A stretch of DNA of 64,000 nucleotides from Lama glama (Eukaryota). The notes beneath the pieces are model-generated. The model made no database searches, was not told the origin of the DNA, and was given only the letters and a program-made list of their open reading frames with translations. Shown here piece after piece: positions 1-13,900 of this stretch; positions within the stretch are counted from its first letter, which is position 1, and the number at the start of each line of letters is the position of its first letter. The stretch covers positions 39,682,001 through 39,746,000 of the forward strand of contig CM052818.1 in NCBI GenBank assembly GCA_028534125.1. Reading direction: 5' to 3'. A program made the position numbers and the translations under genes.

Positions 1-504
1 TGCCTCTAGTAGCAACTCCATCAATGTTCCTGAAGGGTTTGCAGAGGCCGTTCAATCAATCTGAGCGGCTCCCATTCCCAGCACGACTGTAGGGAGGGAG
101 GGGCTGGGGGAATATCATTAGCCTCTTTCCTTTGAGGTTTGGATGATCAAGAAAATGAAAATAATAGTAATGTAAATGGCAAGTGCTTTCAAAAACAAAG
201 CCCATCAGTGCAGGAGGAAGCACGAAGCTGGCTCCGCAGCTCTGGCCCAGCAGTAGTGTTTATTCTGTTACAAGGTCAGGGCTTCTTCTGGAAACAGAAA
301 CTGAGCGGCTATGTGGATTTTGTTGATTTAATACATGATTGTATATATATATAGAACATTCTGCACATATGTAATACTTGGCTATGTTTCAGTTAGCTTC
401 TGTGTGTGTGTGTGTGCGCGCACACACATGAAAACAAAAAATAAAGTTAGGAGGAGTTCAATGAGGTGGTTGATTTCTGGAATTTGAAATCACAATACCA
501 AGAG

Positions 505-702
505 TCAGTTACCACCCTAGCCCTGTAAGTACCTGGGCAAGTCCCTTCACCTTCCTGAGCCTCCGTTCCCTCATGTATAAAATAGCAGTAATGGTTAAAC
601 CCACACTCATCTCACAGGTAGCTGTCAGGATCAGATGGGGTACTTTTGCATGAAAATGCTTCAGATATGGTAAATTGCTAACTACATATTGGTTATTGTT
701 AT
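505..702 (+). mobile_element. MIR SINE
   Basis: MIR core (ctgggcaagtcccttcaccttcctgagcctccgttccctcatgtataaaat) and ttattgttatt tail. Confidence 0.8.
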
Positions 703-3700
703 TAGAAAGAATTTCTTGCAGCTGACAGACTCACATGTAAGTATAACTCTATCAAATGTGTCAACATAAATATGGTTCACACATATCTGGATATTGGAAT
801 CTGACCAGAACATTGCACATTTAGGTAACCTCTCTCTGTTATTTGCTAGTAAGGAAACTGCATGCATGTAAGTTTCTTTTCAGGCTTGGAGAATCAAAGG
901 TAAATTGATGGAATATGTGGTTGTACCGCTTTTTTTTTAATTGAACTTTCACAGTTACAGATATGTAAGTGTCTGCACCCCTTAATGCCTCCAATCCCCT
1001 CTCCACCTACTGCCAACAAATGCAGACTTCTAAAGGAGACTTCTATGGTGTCCCCTGAGCCCTGGGGTTTGTGGTGCTGATCTGGTGAAAAGAGGACTGA
1101 AATAAGCCTCAGAACTGAATTGACTTATCTTATAGAAAAGCCAGAGGAAAGGCAGAGATCTAGAAATATGGAAGGAAGGTGAGAGCCATTGAGAGTTGAG
1201 AGTTTTTGGAACATTTGGGGCAGTTCTGAGATAGTGAGAAAAGGGATTTTGTGAAGACTGCTGTGCAATGATGAGTGAAATTTGGAAAGAGAATTATTTA
1301 AAGTAAATTTTGAAGGCTTTTTCCCCAGGACACTGTGCATTGCCACCCTCTTTGCCATTTTCTCAGACTTCAAGAAATAAAGTTTTTTGCAGTTTCTCTT
1401 GAATGCCAGTCTTAAATCTCTTCCAAATTTAATTGTACGTTGAGCTGGAACACTAGATGACTCAGCTTTATGTGGGTTACACAAAGATAATTTTAAAATG
1501 ACTGTTATAAGAATTTTAACATATACTGAACAGACAACAAGTTATATTTTCAGTTATGAAAAGATTCTGACATATTTTGTTGAGAATAATGTGGTAAAAT
1601 GAGAAAAAAAGAAATGTACAAGACATATATGAATCTGCCTATATCTTCATAGCAAAATGTGGAATGACAGAAGCGTGAGAAAAAGCCAGAAACTCAGGTC
1701 CATTGAGAAGATCCTCATCGTAGTGCAGACCCTCCACGCAAGCCATCAGGCACCTTTCCTGCTGCCCTGCGTCTTTAGCTGTCTAAAGGGAGTCCTCAAC
1801 CCACTGTCTGTTCCAGCTTCTGCAATTGTTGGGATCATCTGTTCATATTCCCTCATTTCATACAGAGAACACTCAGGCACAAACAGGCTTTGAATGACTG
1901 ACTCAAGGTCCAATAATAAATTAAGGGTATCTGACCCTGCAGTTCAGTGTTCTTGGGGCCACGTCATGCTTTCCTGCAAAGTATCCTCATAAAGATCCAC
2001 AAGCTCAGGCCTCATGAAAAAAGATGCATCAAAGAGGTGGGTGATGGAGAGAAAATAGTCTTGCCGCACACTGGAACCAGCTCCCAGACATGCCTGTTGT
2101 GTCGTCCCCCACCCCATCCCTCAGGCCCAACAGCAGTAAGCTGCCACAGGCAGGAAGCAGGGTGCTACAGGATGAACGTGTGGGCCTTCTGCTGGGACGG
2201 CTTCCACTGCTTGATGAATCCATCTCGAGGAAATGGCCTCGCCTGTCTACCTCACACAGCCCTGCAGAATTATGTTAGTAATCTCCCTGGCCCTTAAACT
2301 GAGACTTCACACCAGCTACGTTCACCTCTGCCTACTATGCACACTTAATATTAAACAGGAAGTAAGCTTACAGCTCTTTCAGTGACTGCATGGAATGATA
2401 CAGAGGATTCCATTTTTCATCTTATGATAGATTGGCAAAGTCTTGAGGTGACATGAGTGTAATGTGGCTGGAACACTACAGTTTGAAATTCCTAGGCTAT
2501 ATGAAATCTCTTTCAGATCTTCTTCCTAGTCCTAAAAATTTGTTTCCTAGATTCAGTGAGAAGAGCTTCACTCATGGCGTTGAAAAGAAAAGTACAAACA
2601 TGCTGTATTTCCTGACTGTAATCAACTGGAAACATAGCATAAACATATAGCTCTTGTATTTTAGTTTTTCTGCTTTAAATTGCAGTCTTCCACCTCTGAG
2701 TTATGCCCAAGCCCAAGTGAGAACCATGAGAAGAAAATTCATGGCTTTGTTCAAGTTCTGAGAGTTTGAGCATTGGCAGGGATTAAAGATTGACAGAGTC
2801 ACAGGAAATCCTGAAAAATCATTTTGTATAGCTGCTGCTCCTCATGCACCCCCTCCCTCTCATGCCTGCCTCTTTAATTACTGAAGTTCCCTGGAAATTT
2901 CTTCTGGCTTTTAAAGGGGGCAGGAGCCTATTCCTGCTTTTGATGACCCAGTAGAGCATCCAATAATACTCATAGAAAAATACGTAACTATTTTCCTTAT
3001 GTCTAACCTAATTGCTAAGTATAGACTCCTGCTTCTAGCTTTGATGCAGTAGCTGGTGGCAGACTTAACCTCCTGCCAAGAATAAGTAGAAGCTTGATTT
3101 TTTTAAGAAAAGTCTCCAAGGGCCTGAGGGAGCTACTGACACAACAAGGACTTGAGGGGACAGATCCTGGAGAGAAAGGAAGTTCAGTGAGGTGAACACA
3201 CTGATTTCCTACTCAGGGCACTTGGCAGTCTTTGGTGGAAGGATAAGAGGTTGAGGAGCCAGTCAGAGGACCACTTCTCATGGGCAGGGAAGTGGTGGAG
3301 TGTTAGGAAATATTAAGAGAGCGGAAGTTGGAACTCTGGACCTTCAAGGCAGCTGAAGCTTGCAGGCCAAGATCCTCTTGAGTGCCAAGAAGAGAGGGAA
3401 GGTGCAGGGAAGTGAGCCTGACCTTTGGCACCAGATTTTCCTCTGGGCATTTGACAATTAAGCTGTGTAGGCCAAGAGACTGAGAGGCTAAACAGAAGGC
3501 AGCTGAAAAGCAGAGCATTTTGTGATGCCAAGAAATAAAAAATAAGAAAAAAAAAACCCCTAGAGTTTAGGAGTTGGAAGAGAGGAGGGACCATTGCAGA
3601 CACCCCAGGCTCTCAGCTGGGCCTGCTGGAGGATGATACTCTACAAGTGGAGACCAACCAGAGGGAGACCACACCTTCCAATGATGCAGTCTGCTCTCAG

Positions 3701-4244
3701 CTCAATTCAATCTCTGATTGCATTGAGGCCATCTTTCTCTTCCTACCTTCCAAAAGTGAGGTTGACTCCCCTCCTGAAAGAAGATGACATCACCCAAAGT
3801 ATGAGCATTTTTAATACACCATATCTAACAGTCAGTTAAAAATGATCAGCCATGCTGTGAAACAGAATCAATAAATGCACAAGAGGAGCAAATAGGTAAC
3901 CCAGATATTAGAATTATTAGGTATGGTTTAAAAACAATCGTGATTAAAATGTTCAGAACACTTGATGGCAATATAGAGAATTTTATCGTAGAACTAGAAT
4001 CCATATGAAGTAATCAAATGGAAAAACTAGAACTGAAAATTCTAATATCTGATATTAAAAAATGAATAGATGAGTTTAGCAGCAGACTAGACAAAGCTGA
4101 AGAGGAGCTCAGTAAGCTTGAAGATAGGTTAGTAAAAAAATATTGAGTGAAGTATGAAGACAAAAAATGATAAGAATTATAGAAAATAATATAGGAGAAA
4201 AGATATGATAAAAAGTCTAATACAGATGTGGTATAAAGTCTAAT

Positions 4245-4355
4245 ACAAGGTTTCTAAACCTTGCACTACTGATATTTTGAGTCAAATAATTATTTGTTGT
4301 GGGGTATATTTGTCTTGGGGCTAATAAATTGTTCCCTATTGAAAGCCACTAGTCT
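4245..4355. mobile_element. MER20-like hAT MITE nested in L1
   Basis: Termini ggtttctaaaccttgcactactgatattttg ... ttgaaagccactagtcta. Confidence 0.6.
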
Positions 4356-4918
4356 AATGTAAATATGATGTCAGAGAGACAATGGGGCCAACACAGTACT
4401 TGGAGAGAAATGGCAGAGAATTAATTCAAAAAGTTCTACAAATCCAACACCTAGGCATATCACAATAAAACTGCCTAAAACCAAAAGTAAGGAGAACATC
4501 ATACAAGCAGCCAGAGGAGAAAAGATCCACTGCTTTTGAAAGAGGAACTTTAAGACTCACAGCTCACTGCTCGAAAGAAAGGAAGAAAATTGTATGACAA
4601 TAGAATAGTGTCTCTAAAGTGCTGAGAGAAAATAGATGCCAACTTAGAATTCTATAGTCAGCAAAAATATCATTCAAAAATGAAGAAGAAATAAAGACAT
4701 TTCTGACAAATGCTGAGAGATCTCATTCCCAGCAGGAAATGACCGGCAGAAAATGAGAAAGGGGAAGTGCAGGAGGAAAGAAAGAACAGTGGAGAGGTTA
4801 AATGTGTGGGTAAATCTAAATGAATATTGACCCTAAACAACTAACAGTTGTGTCTTATGGGATTTAAAACATATAAAAATAAATATGTATGGTAACAATA
4901 ATTCAAGACAAGAAGGCT

Positions 4919-5450
4919 TGCACAGGGAAGAACTAACACAGCAACCCTGAGACTGCTCTCGTTAGAAAGGCCTGCTTGCAAGGTTGACTACCCATCTGGA
5001 AACTTGAATTTCAGGAAGGTTCCCAGCATCCCCTGAACTGAGAAGAGTGGCTCACTGTGCCCGGACTCTTTGTGCGAACAACACGGTTCATACTGAACAC
5101 TTGCTTTCTTTCTGGAAGTCTGGAATGTTGGTATGTGTGAGATGGAGAGCGTCTATATGACTAGGACCCAATCAATTTCATGGGTGCTGAGTCTCTAATG
5201 AGCTTCCCTGGTAGACAAGCATGGGACACATGTTGTCACAAGTCGTTGCTGTGTGATTTCACTAGGAGAGGACTCTTGGAAATTTGCACCTGGTTCCTTC
5301 CAAACTCTGCCACACGTGCCTTTTCCCTTTGCTGATTTTGTTTTGCATCCTTTCATTCTAACCAATCAAAGCTGAGTATAACAGTAAGTGGAGTCCTGTG
5401 AGTCTTCCTGGTGAATCAGTTTTAACTGAGGATGGTCTTAGGGACCCCAG
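4919..5450 (+). mobile_element. ERVL solo LTR (MER68-like) nested in L1
   Basis: ctgagactgct..ttagaaaggcctgcttgcaaggttg; gagtctctaatgagcttccctggtagacaa; gagtcctgtgagtcttcctggtgaatc. Confidence 0.75.
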
Positions 5451-5928
5451 TTGTAGGATCTATTAACCTTCAAGTTTCAAAGTTTTGAAATTTCCAAGGC
5501 TCGTTCAGTGTTAGGAAGATTGTAAATGCGCAAATACGTATTAGTTTCTAACAAAACAAGAATGTACATTGTAGTCTTCAAGATAACCACTGAAGCAAGA
5601 GTAAATTAATGTTCACTTAATGAACTAATGGGTGTAGGAGATGGAACAATAGCAAACACTTGATTAAGCCACAGAAAGGCAAGGAAGGAGAAACAAAGAA
5701 CATAACTTATGGGGCAGATGAAAAACAAATGTTAATATGGCAAATGTAAACCCAAATATCTTAGCAATTATGTTAAATGTAAATGGCCTATATATTCTAA
5801 CTAAAAGATGCATCAGACTATATTCTATAAGAAATCCAATTATACACTGCTTAAGGGAGTTACACCTTAAATATAAGGAGAGAAAACAGTTCAAAGTAAA
5901 AGCATGAAAAAGATGTATTAAGCAAAGT

Positions 5929-6125
5929 AGTGACGCACTGGAGCCATCTCATAAGAGCAGATTGTTAAACATGTAGAAATTTTGCAAATCAGTTGTTAAA
6001 ACTTTGGTTGTTTGAGATTGTCCATGGTAGGAATAGTCACACCATGGAAATCTTCAACTGCTACAAATCAGAGCTTTTTCTCTTCTCAGAGAGCCAGTAC
6101 CCCACTGATCCAACCTTAATCACAG
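5929..6125. mobile_element. MER63-like hAT element nested in L1
   Basis: agtgacgcactggagcc...gagcagattgttaaa terminus. Confidence 0.55.
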
Positions 6126-6142
6126 GAAAGCTGATGTGACTG

Positions 6143-6153
6143 TAATATATATA

Positions 6154-6209
<56 letters not shown>

Positions 6210-6240
6210 TATATGTATATATATATACACATATATATAT
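6143..6240. repeat. Compound (TA)n/(TG)n/(CA)n microsatellite
   Basis: Directly visible. Confidence 0.95.
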
Positions 6241-6939
6241 AAAGTTAGTTACATATAATATAATACTAATAATCTTCTCTAAGCCAAGAAAAGCATTATC
6301 AAGATACATTCATTTTTAAATTATGAAATGATAGAGTCGCTAAGAAAGGATAGCAATTTCAAATTTGCTTATTCCTAATAACATATCTTCAAAAAATAAA
6401 AAGCAAAAAATTAACAAAATTTGAAGGAGTCACATGCAGATTCACAGTCATGATGGAAGACATCAATACATCTTATCAATAAATTATAAATACATTAGAA
6501 GAATTCCCTGCCTCTGCCACCCTTATGATATGGAATGGAAATATTAGAACTTCTCATCTATAACCTTCAGACTTCAAGACCAAAGCCAAGATATCCCAAA
6601 TAGAGACAATCACCCTACCACTTTAACTGTTCAGCAAATAAATTTTGGATGCTTGATATGGGTAATGGCTATTCATGCATGTCTTCATAGTAAGTCAACA
6701 TTAACTGAAAGCCACTTTGTGCCATTCCCTGATTCAGGTGCTGATTATCCCAAAAGGAGAAACATACTGCCCTTGCTGTCAAGAATTTAATCCAATTTGA
6801 GATATAAACAATTAATTGTAGAACAAATCAGTGAATACTCCATTATCAGTTAGAATACTTCCCTTTGCAAACAATTTTTTAAAAAACCTCTAGCCTCAGA
6901 CTGTTTTTTAATGTTATTCTTCTAAAACATTTGAATTAC

Positions 6940-7380
6940 TATAATCATAGAAAGGTAGAGATAGATGGAGAGGACCTTTGAAATCAGCTAACCCCAGTGC
7001 TTCAACTCTAACATTAAAATGTAACACAATTTCTACTGGATAGCACAGGGAACTTTATTCAGTATCTTGTAGTAACTTACAATGAAAAAGAATATGAAAA
7101 GGAATATACGTATATATATACATATATGTGTGTATATATGTGTATATGTATATATATACATGTATGTGTATATGTATTGACTAAAACATTATGCTGTATA
7201 TCAGAAATTGACACAACATTGTAAACCAACTATATATGTAATTTATATATATATAAAACAACACAAATACGTTGAAGTTCAAAGTGGTGACGTGACTTGT
7301 TTACATCCATAGAGCAGTTCAATTGTGATGCCTAAGATGAAAAGCCCCAATTCTTTATCCAGTGCTATTGTTGTTATACC
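6940..7380 (-). mobile_element. MIR, split by a young L1 3' end
   Basis: gttcaaagtggtgacgtgacttgtttacatccatagagcag continues after the L1 insert. Confidence 0.6.
7032..7258 (+). mobile_element. Short 5'-truncated artiodactyl/camelid L1 3' end
   Basis: tagcacagggaactttattcagtatcttgtagtaacttacaatgaaaaagaatatg...tcagaaattgacacaacattgtaaacc. Confidence 0.85.
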
Positions 7381-7835
7381 ACGTCGCACACCTTGGTTCC
7401 CTTTTGAGCTCGTTCTGTCTTGAAACAAAGCACGTAGTCTCATCCTTCAAACAAATAATCAGGCTAAAAAGATGATATAGATGATTATGCAAGATTTTAT
7501 GTGGGCTTATGTTTCATTCATTATGAAATCTCTGCACATTCATAGCCAAGTACAGTTGAGAATTCTCAGGGCACATAATACGTTGATTCATTTTTTTATT
7601 CAAACACTGGAGATGTAAGAGTGGATTCACAGAGTGCATTATCTGAAAAGGAAAATGAATGAACACATACGTAAATAATTATAATAGTGATAATTGTTGG
7701 CATAGAGCTATGTACCAAGTAAGAATATATAAGAGGAGCTAAGACTTCTTTTGAATAATCTTCTGTGGACAGAAGACTTACACAGTGTGCTAAGTACATC
7801 ACCGGCTTTGTGGGAATACATGTGTATGAGCTTGG

Positions 7836-7875
7836 AGATATAGATAGACAGACAGATAGATAGATAGATAGATAA
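7836..7875. repeat. (GATA/GACA)n microsatellite
   Basis: Directly visible. Confidence 0.95.
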
Positions 7876-8152
7876 GAACTAGACTCGTTACTGTTAACCT
7901 AAAAGTAGTTACCAGATCACTGGAAGATAGGAGAAAGAGGTAGTCACTGACCCATTGATAGATAAGACCAGAATGAGAGTAAAAACAAATTTAACAAATT
8001 GAGAATGAGTAATTTTTTTCTAGCTTAAAAAGTGATCTCTTTCACACCATCAAAAAAATCACCTTTCTTCACTCTTGTGCAAATCCTCTACTACAGCTAA
8101 GTCAGCGCCTACACTGGTCCACTAACAGCCATGCACAGTCCTTTCTCTACAT

Positions 8153-8330
8153 CAGTGGTTCTCAAAGAGTGGTCCATGGACCAGTATCATGTGCATCAAT
8201 TGGGAACCTGTTAGAGATGAAAATTCTTGGATCCTCATCCCAGAGCCACTAAATTAGCATCCCTGGGGGCACAGTAATCAGTCTTAACCAGCCAAGTGAC
8301 TGGTGTACACTCAAACTGGAGAAGCACTGC
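8153..8330. mobile_element. MER5-type hAT MITE
   Basis: Terminal inverted repeats cagtggttctc ... gagaagcactg. Confidence 0.8.
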
Positions 8331-11300
8331 TCTATCCTTTTAGTAATGCATCTTCCCCGGCTTGAGATGCTCCACTGGCCTCTCTCTCCATATTCAGTCT
8401 CCGACGCCAGTCTCTCACTCTTCTTTCTCTGGGAGGTCATCCTAAACTTCCCGAGGCCAAAGGAAGTTGTGTGGTCTTGCTAAAATGTCACCACACCTAA
8501 GCTAATTCACATCCAATTTTAATTTGTTCTCTAAATGGTTTCATGCACAGTGAGCCTGAATACTCCTCCAGGGTAGGATTTTTGCAGCTTCCCTTCCACC
8601 TCTCCAGTAAGTTCACAGTAGATATGTTTTCTGCACTGAATTGAAATCACACAAAACTCCTTTGTCTTTGCATGGAGGATAATGGCAGTCCCCTTTAAGG
8701 TCAGGAGTGACATCCCAAGTCCAGCCTTATGGCTTCTTCCTGCCTGAGATGTGGGCATGTAAGATGTAGGTGAATGGATTTTGGAGGCTTCTCTCCCATC
8801 ACTTAAAAATCTTCTCCTTCACTGGCAAACATGCCAGGGCAGCCAGCCCTCTTTCTCCTCTTAAGACATGGAGCTATTATTGCCGTTTCAGAAGTGTTGC
8901 TGAAGTTTTAAGAGAGTCTCTGAGAAAAGAAGATAAGGCTTAAAAGTCTCCAACAATTCGCCCGCTCCCTTTAAGACCTTAAGAAACTCTTCAGGTACAT
9001 TAAAATGTTTTCCTTTAATTTTTAATTTTTCTTTTACGATAAGGCTAATTAAAACAACACCTGTTTGGAATGATACAGTTGGTGCTGGGTCAACATTTCC
9101 ATTGGTTTATAATCCAGCTGTGAAAACTCAATTTGAACTAAAACTTGGGTGTATAATATCCAAACCCGGGGGAATGCAAAAGAAACAGTAATATACCAGT
9201 GTGCGTATTAGGGGGCAGAGCAAATAGAAGCAAAGTGGTTTCAGGTGCTCTTTAGCACTTGCGTGGTGTGCAAACAGTTTTTACGACCACGGTTTGTAGG
9301 CCTTCAGCTCCTCATGTAGGTTGGATGCCTTTGGGTATTTAAAAGGAATGAAAACAGGCCAGTTAGTCCACGGGAAATACGAGCTACTGTGCACGCGTGG
9401 TAATGAGGCCTCTCTCATCAGCGGGGTCTTGAGACGTGAAATGACTGCTCTCGTGTTTTTCAGGATTTAAGACCGCCTGGAGGCACCCTGATGTGACAGA
9501 CGACAGTGTGTCTTGAAGACCAATGGGCTGCTTCTGTCCTCCCTCTTCTGCTGGGAGGCAGAAGCAGAGATTTATTTGCATGTCATGTAAAGAAACTGGA
9601 ACTTGGGTTCAGGCTGGAAATAACACTACAGACTAGAACTTGCCCTACAGTGGTTCTCAAACACATTTTAAGACCTACAGGGAGACCAATAAATGAAGCA
9701 GATAAAAGTGGAGCTGCTCAAATTGAATTTGTGGGGGAGTCTGGATTCCCCACCTGGCTCAGCTCAAAGACACTCAGAAGCCCGAGAGAGGCCTGGTGGA
9801 CCCTCTGGGGCTGTGAGAAGCTGAGTTGGAAAACGACTGTCCTGCCAGTGATACGGGCAGGTAACCCAGCTCCTGTCAGTCTGGAGAAATAGCTGCTTAA
9901 TCCAAAGTCACCATAGACCCTTCAAGCCGGGCAAGATGCTAGAGATTATGCTACCTGCCTCCCAATTTTACAGTGGAAAGTTCAAGTTTGGAACTCAGGT
10001 GCCTGGATTCCCAGGGCAGGCTCTTTTGAATCACGGTGGAGGTGCCCAGTTACTCCCTCTGCGCTGGACTAGGATGCTGCCACCATGACACTGGCCATGT
10101 TCCCCTGGTGTCTCTTGCTTTCTGTGTGGGATCACGGGGCACCAGAGGATCTTACCTTCCAAGACTACACGAGGGAGCAGCTGGCCATTTCTTAAAGAAC
10201 ATGAAGCAGGCAGCGAGCAAGGGTCCTGTTCCCACTCTAATTTCAGACACACGATGATTTGCCACCTTCCAACCATCTCCCTCCTGACAGCAAACCCTTC
10301 TCCTACAGATGTCAGTATTGAAAACTGAACAATCATTGAGTCTGGATGCTCTTGGGGATTTTATTTAATCATGGATAAAAAATTTGAGTCAAAGTTATGA
10401 ATTTCTGCTGGTTGGATTTTAAGTACCAGCCGAAAGAGCACTGGGGTTTGAGGGGCTGTCCCACACTCCTTTAATCCCACTGTGCTGCAGGTTTTCTCTA
10501 CCTGCAAGTAAGTTTGTCCAGGTGGTTCCCTCACTCCTCTTTTCACATCTCACCTGAATGGCATGTTAGTTCCTTGCAGCAGTGACCTGAAACAGTAAAA
10601 GGAAAGGGGAGAAGAGAGAGAGATGTGTAGGGCAGTTTCGTACCCAAACTTTGTAAGGTGGCCGTGATTTCAGTTCTGTTTGGTGACTCCTGGAAAAGAT
10701 GTTAGAAGACCATTGAAGTAATGTAGAAATTATAATATTTTAGTACCAAAACCACATTTCCTAGGCTGTCTTTACAGTCAGGAATGGCAAAAATATTCTT
10801 TGTCAGGTTATGTGCCTTGATTGTTTAAGTTCCAGAAAAACATGGTTCCCGTGGCTAGGCAGGGAGAGGGGAACCCTGAGACGGTTATGGCGTATCTTGT
10901 ACTTTGGAGGTTATGAAGCTGGGAAGAATTCAGGAGAGGAGCTGAGGGCAATGAATGGCTTTTGTTTGCAGTTGACAACCCAGTGATGGCTGGAGAACAC
11001 TCTGGAGACCCAAAGAGCCATCTGTCATGTGAGCTCAGCAGCAGGCTAACCCCACTTGATAGGATGGGGCTGGAGGCAGCTGAGGGCTGCCAAGCCTCCA
11101 GCCCCCTGGGAAGAAGCATGTACTGTCTCTGGAGAGCATAGGAGCCCCTTCTTTCCACTGGGCTCCCCTACATTTATCTCACACAACTCACCAAGCTGGA
11201 ATTTGACCTGTGCTGTTTTAATTCCTTTTCCATGTGACTCTTCTGAGATATGGCTTCCCACATAACATTCCCAAAGCCGGACGCATGTTCTACGTGACAG

Positions 11301-12199
11301 AGAAGCCCCAGAAACGAGACAAGTGGTAGATACTTTATAAAGCAGCCGGAGTTGAACTGAGTCAGTTCTCAGCAGCCTGACCTCTTCATTTTACCAGCCC
11401 CCGACTCAAGGTGTGGAGGTCAGAATGGTCCACTTTGGTTCCTGGAGGAAGTTCATGGCGCAACAGATCCTGGAACCCAGATCTCTTGCTTGTCCTTTCC
11501 TGAGACTAGACCCATCCTACAAGCAGAGTCATGAGGGAGAGAGAGTGTTCTTGTTTGAATAAATATTCCTGGGGAGTTGCTGTCAAAAATGCCAGGAATG
11601 GGGCTTATTGTAAGCCATTTCTTCAGGCTGAGTTCTAAGCTTTTAAGCCAAAACAGAGACTTCTGAGCCCAAAGTTTGAAGAGCAGTGGAGGAAGAAGTA
11701 CGTAGGCCCACGCCCTGCACCGTGCCTTCATGTACCTGTTGAACACACGAGAATCTGGCAGTGGTACAAAGTTTTGTTTCCTTCACTGCCCCTCTGTATA
11801 TACGAGGAGTCAGGGACGAGGATGGACTTCTACCTGGAGGAAAAGACAGGGAACTTAGGAGTCAGCTGATCTCACAGAGGTTTGTCATTCCCACCTGTGG
11901 CTGAAGTAAAGCGATGTTCATCAGGTGACAATGACAGGACAGAGGAACTGAATGAGTTGAGGAAAGGGAGAAGCGCAGTGTGAGTCCCAGACTAGATGCT
12001 GAGCTGTTTCCCCTGAAGTGACACACGTGAAATAACAGGTGGACAAAATAAAATCTCCTAGGGTTAAGTGCTCTGTTGTGTGCTATCGACTTGAAATGTA
12101 GTTTTAAGATAAAGGAGACAATAAGGAGGATTAGAGGCTGACGTGGGAAGATCTTTCTCACTTTAAAATGATAACAAGAGATGAGGCTTCATTCCTGTC

Positions 12200-12985
12200 C
12201 TACACCCCTGCCCTCACCCCCCAGTGTGGGCTGGGCTTAGTCAGCCCCTCCCAAAGAACAGAGCCGGGCAGGGGAAAAGAGAAATGTCACAGTGGAGAAG
12301 CCTGGCAGACACTACGTTAACCAGGTGGTCAAAGTTACTGTCATCAGTGTTGTCACATGGGTCTCACGTGCCCCCTGATACGGCGATGAGGTTACCTCTG
12401 TGGTGTTATTTCCCCAAGCCCATAACCCCAGTCTAAGGGTGAGAAAAACTCACATTGAGAGACATTCTACAGGCTACGTAGCCTACTCCTTAACAATGTC
12501 AAGGTCATTAAAAAAAAAAAAGAAAAGAAAGACTGATCATAAGATATTGGAGGAGATACGGCAACTAAATGCAATGTGATATCCTGGATTGAGTCTTGGG
12601 ATTGGAAAAGGACATTAGCACAGGAAAATACATACAGGATCTTGTGGTGGCTCACAGCAAAAGAGAATGTGACAATGAATGTGTGTACGTTCATGTATAA
12701 CTGAAAAATTGTGCTCTACACTGGAATTTGACACGACATTGTAAAATGACTATAACTCAATGAAAAAAATGTTAAAAGAAAAGAAAGAAAGAAAAAGGAC
12801 ATTAGGGGAAAAGCTGATGAAATCCAAATAAATTCTGGAAGTTAGCTAGTAGTAATATTCCAAGATTGGTTTCTGAGTTTTGAGGAATGGGCCATGGCAC
12901 TGTAAGCTGTTAACGTTGTGGGGAACTGGACTATTTCCGCAACTTCTCTGTGAATCTAAAATTATTCCAAGGCAAAAAGATTATT
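12200..12985 (+). mobile_element. L1MC-type 3' UTR, split by a young L1 3' end
   Basis: cagtggagaagcctggcagacactac; caactaaatgcaatgtgatatcctggatt; tctaaaattattccaa. Confidence 0.8.
12619..12792 (+). mobile_element. Young camelid L1 3' end with A-rich tail and perfect 13-bp TSD
   Basis: aaaaggacattag at 12606-12618 and 12793-12805; body gtataactgaaaaattgtgctctacactggaatttgacac. Confidence 0.9.
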
Positions 12986-13149
12986 AAACATAGAACAATA
13001 ACCCACCCAACAACCAATTAATGCCCTCTGGCCCCATCCCTGTCCTTCCACAGTGGAGCCTCCTGCAGTAACACCACGTTCACGGCCCGTGTGTGTTGTC
13101 CCTCTTCTTTCCAGTTCTGCTCTGTGGGACTCCGCTTCCGGTGGCATAG

Positions 13150-13900
13150 CTGACTCAGTGGACCACTCTCTCCTTGAAGCTCTGTCCTCCTTTGGTTAGT
13201 GCGTCCCCAGGGTCTCATGGCCGACCCTCCTGTCTGCTCATACTACCCCTGCTCCCTGGATGACCTTCCCTTCCCTGCGTCTTCAGTTTCCACACACTGT
13301 GTACACCAATGACTCTCCTTTTCCCTGAAAATCCTCCTGCCTACTGGAAACTCTTCTGAGTGTCCCACAGGCACTCACTGACTATCCCCAAATGAAATTC
13401 CTTTTTCTCATTCGCCTCCTTGAAAAACTCCGTCTCTTTCCTCCCTTAGTGAATGGCATTGTCATTTATCTAGTTGTCCAAGCCAGAAACTTGAGATTTT
13501 ACTCAAGTCATTTGTACCCTCACTCCCCGTGATGGCTTTAAAGATCTCTTCATCTATTGTCTCCTGTCTCCACTTTGCTGCCTTAGTTCAGGCGTCCATC
13601 TGTTCCTACCTGCCCTACTGCTACGGTCCCCTCACTGGATTCTTTCCCTTTGTTTCTGCATCTCTTCAGTCCAACCTCCACAGTTCTGACAATGAGATCT
13701 CTAAAAGCATGACCTAAACACATGACTCCCCTTCTTAAAACCTTTGATGACTCCTATTACTTTGAAAAAATATCCAACCTTCTTTTACTTGGTATTCAAG
13801 GGCTCTGGGCATCTGAGTCTTCTGTGCCTCTTTAGTTTCACCTTTTTCTGCTCCACGTGTTCCCTAGGTTTCAGCCACAAGCAGATTCCTTATAATTCTC
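13150..13900 (+). mobile_element. L2 LINE fragment
   Basis: gaccactctctccttgaagc; agttgtccaagccagaaacttgag; cttaaaacctttgatgactcc. Confidence 0.75.

Larger units (their letters stand above)
3030..6500 (+). mobile_element. Ancient L1M (5' region, ORF1 and start of ORF2), degraded, with nested insertions
   Basis: A-rich; ORF1-like motifs (ctaggcatatcacaataaaactgc; ccaacttagaattctatagtcagcaaaaatatcattcaaaaatgaag) and ORF2-start motif (ttaaatgtaaatggccta). Confidence 0.8.

Noticed and set aside
1947..2297. Overlapping ORFs with a few CpGs, possible exon
   Set aside because: No recognisable peptide; splice sites weak and no consistent frame with neighbouring candidates.
9464..9520. Acceptor-like tttttcAG followed by a short frame (FKTAWRHPDVTDDSVS*) as a terminal exon
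   Set aside because: No identifiable protein and no supporting upstream exon.
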